Assembly: GCA_964436735.1 (NCBI GenBank)
Contig: CAYTFM010000100.1
Span: forward strand, 1-26,461
Length of the DNA stretch: 26,461 nucleotides
Direction: 5' to 3'
Source: an uncultured Victivallales bacterium
GTDB lineage: Bacteria > Verrucomicrobiota > Lentisphaeria > Victivallales > GWF2-38-69
Shown here: one piece after another, positions 25,753 through 26,461 of the stretch
Numbering within the stretch: the first letter of the stretch is position 1
Layout: each line of letters begins with the position of its first letter
Notes under the pieces: generated by a model
What the model saw: the letters and a program-made list of their open reading frames with translations, nothing else
Database searches by the model: none
Told to the model about the DNA's origin: nothing
Translations under genes and position numbers: made by a program

Positions 25753-26376
25753 ATGGATATGAGGCACTTGAATAACTGTCGGGTATGTTTGGGGATGGTG
25801 ACCGCATTGGTCGTGGCGGGGTTCTGCGCCCTTTCGCTTGCGGCGCAGGAGGGCGGGCCGTTTGCCGTGGGGGTCTTCAACGGCAAGAGCAAGCTTGATG
25901 GCTGGACGATCTCGCTTGACCGGGAGTTCTCCGTCGCGCAAGGTTCTCTTTCACGCAACCCCGATGAGGGAGTCGATAAGAAAGGCGCGGCAAGTCTGGA
26001 GGGAGTGTTCCTCAACGGCGGCACCTTCGTGTCGATGGGCAAGGCATTCGCGAAACCGATACCCGCGGCTACGGCAAGGATAAAACTAAAAACATCCGAC
26101 GTGAGTGGCATTGTCGTGCGGATGCAGGCCGCTGACGATCAAACCTTCCAGCAAGCCATCTCCCTGGCCGACACCAATGAATGGCAAGAGATCTTTGTCG
26201 ATCCCAAGGGCGTGAATAGCACGTATTCGGGAGGGCAGTGCGACGGCGTCTGGTGCGGAGCGCTCAAGGGGATTTCCATCATCCTTGAGAAGGGCAAGCT
26301 CAAACGACCGGATCTGAAGAGGGGGAAACTGCTTGTCGATCTTGTGGAGGTTCTGCCCCCCGCGGCACCGCTGTGA
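25753..26376 (+). CDS. Secreted hypothetical protein (signal peptide; C-terminal KGKLKRP...LVEV motif)
   Basis: A signal peptide MVTALVVAGFCALSLAAQE is present. GAGGAG lies 4 nt upstream of the ATG. The C-terminal third is paralogous to the fragment at 14930-15157. Confidence 0.5.
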   Translation: MDMRHLNNCRVCLGMVTALVVAGFCALSLAAQEGGPFAVGVFNGKSKLDGWTISLDREFSVAQGSLSRNPDEGVDKKGAASLEGVFLNGGTFVSMGKAFAKPIPAATARIKLKTSDVSGIVVRMQAADDQTFQQAISLADTNEWQEIFVDPKGVNSTYSGGQCDGVWCGALKGISIILEKGKLKRPDLKRGKLLVDLVEVLPPAAPL

Positions 26377-26461
26377 GGGATGCATGTGCCGTATTACTCT
26401 CTATAAAGAGCCTGTCTAACAAATATTATTGCGAACGGGATGCCCATATAATATACTTGTC

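Overview
High-GC chromosomal segment, probably from a PVC-superphylum bacterium (Lentisphaerae, Verrucomicrobia, Kiritimatiellae or Planctomycetes-like). The basis is two prepilin-type proteins with the [10 protein letters not shown] leader plus an H-X9-DG motif, and a GntR-HTH/LacI-domain hybrid regulator. Left to right the window contains: (i) housekeeping genes — signal peptidase I, a J-domain protein, an NfeD-like plus flotillin (SPFH) pair carrying 4 x 66-nt EA tandem repeats, and 6-phosphogluconolactonase. (ii) A polysaccharide-utilisation-like operon with a consensus sigma70 promoter: the GntR/LacI regulator, an H-X9-DG pseudopilin, three paralogous clan GH-A glycoside hydrolases, and a second H-X9-DG pseudopilin. 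(iii) A ~10.5-kb minus-strand defence island (15.2-25.7 kb) built on a type I restriction-modification system, hsdR ... hsdS ... hsdM, which is an unusual gene order. Inside the island, a HigB-like toxin and a HigA-HTH/ImmA-metalloprotease fusion sit upstream of hsdS. hsdS itself is a complete two-TRD specificity subunit, fused in frame through a ~120-aa Lys-rich linker to a PtuA/OLD-like ABC ATPase, giving one 1134-aa ORF. A PtuB-like HNH nuclease follows with a 4-nt overlap, then hsdM. The ATPase and HNH genes are ~43-46% GC against ~60% for hsdM and hsdR, so a Septu-like cassette appears to have been acquired horizontally and welded onto the specificity subunit. I consider this RM-tethered Septu-like module the most novel element in the window. 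The island is bracketed by a 75-aa C-terminal gene fragment (14930-15157) whose full-length paralogue lies just beyond the island (25753-26376). I found no rRNA, tRNA, CRISPR array, integrase or transposase. Several long palindromes and recurring GTGAA motifs occupy intergenic regions. All calls rest on reading the ORF translations and the sequence by eye; no searches were run.
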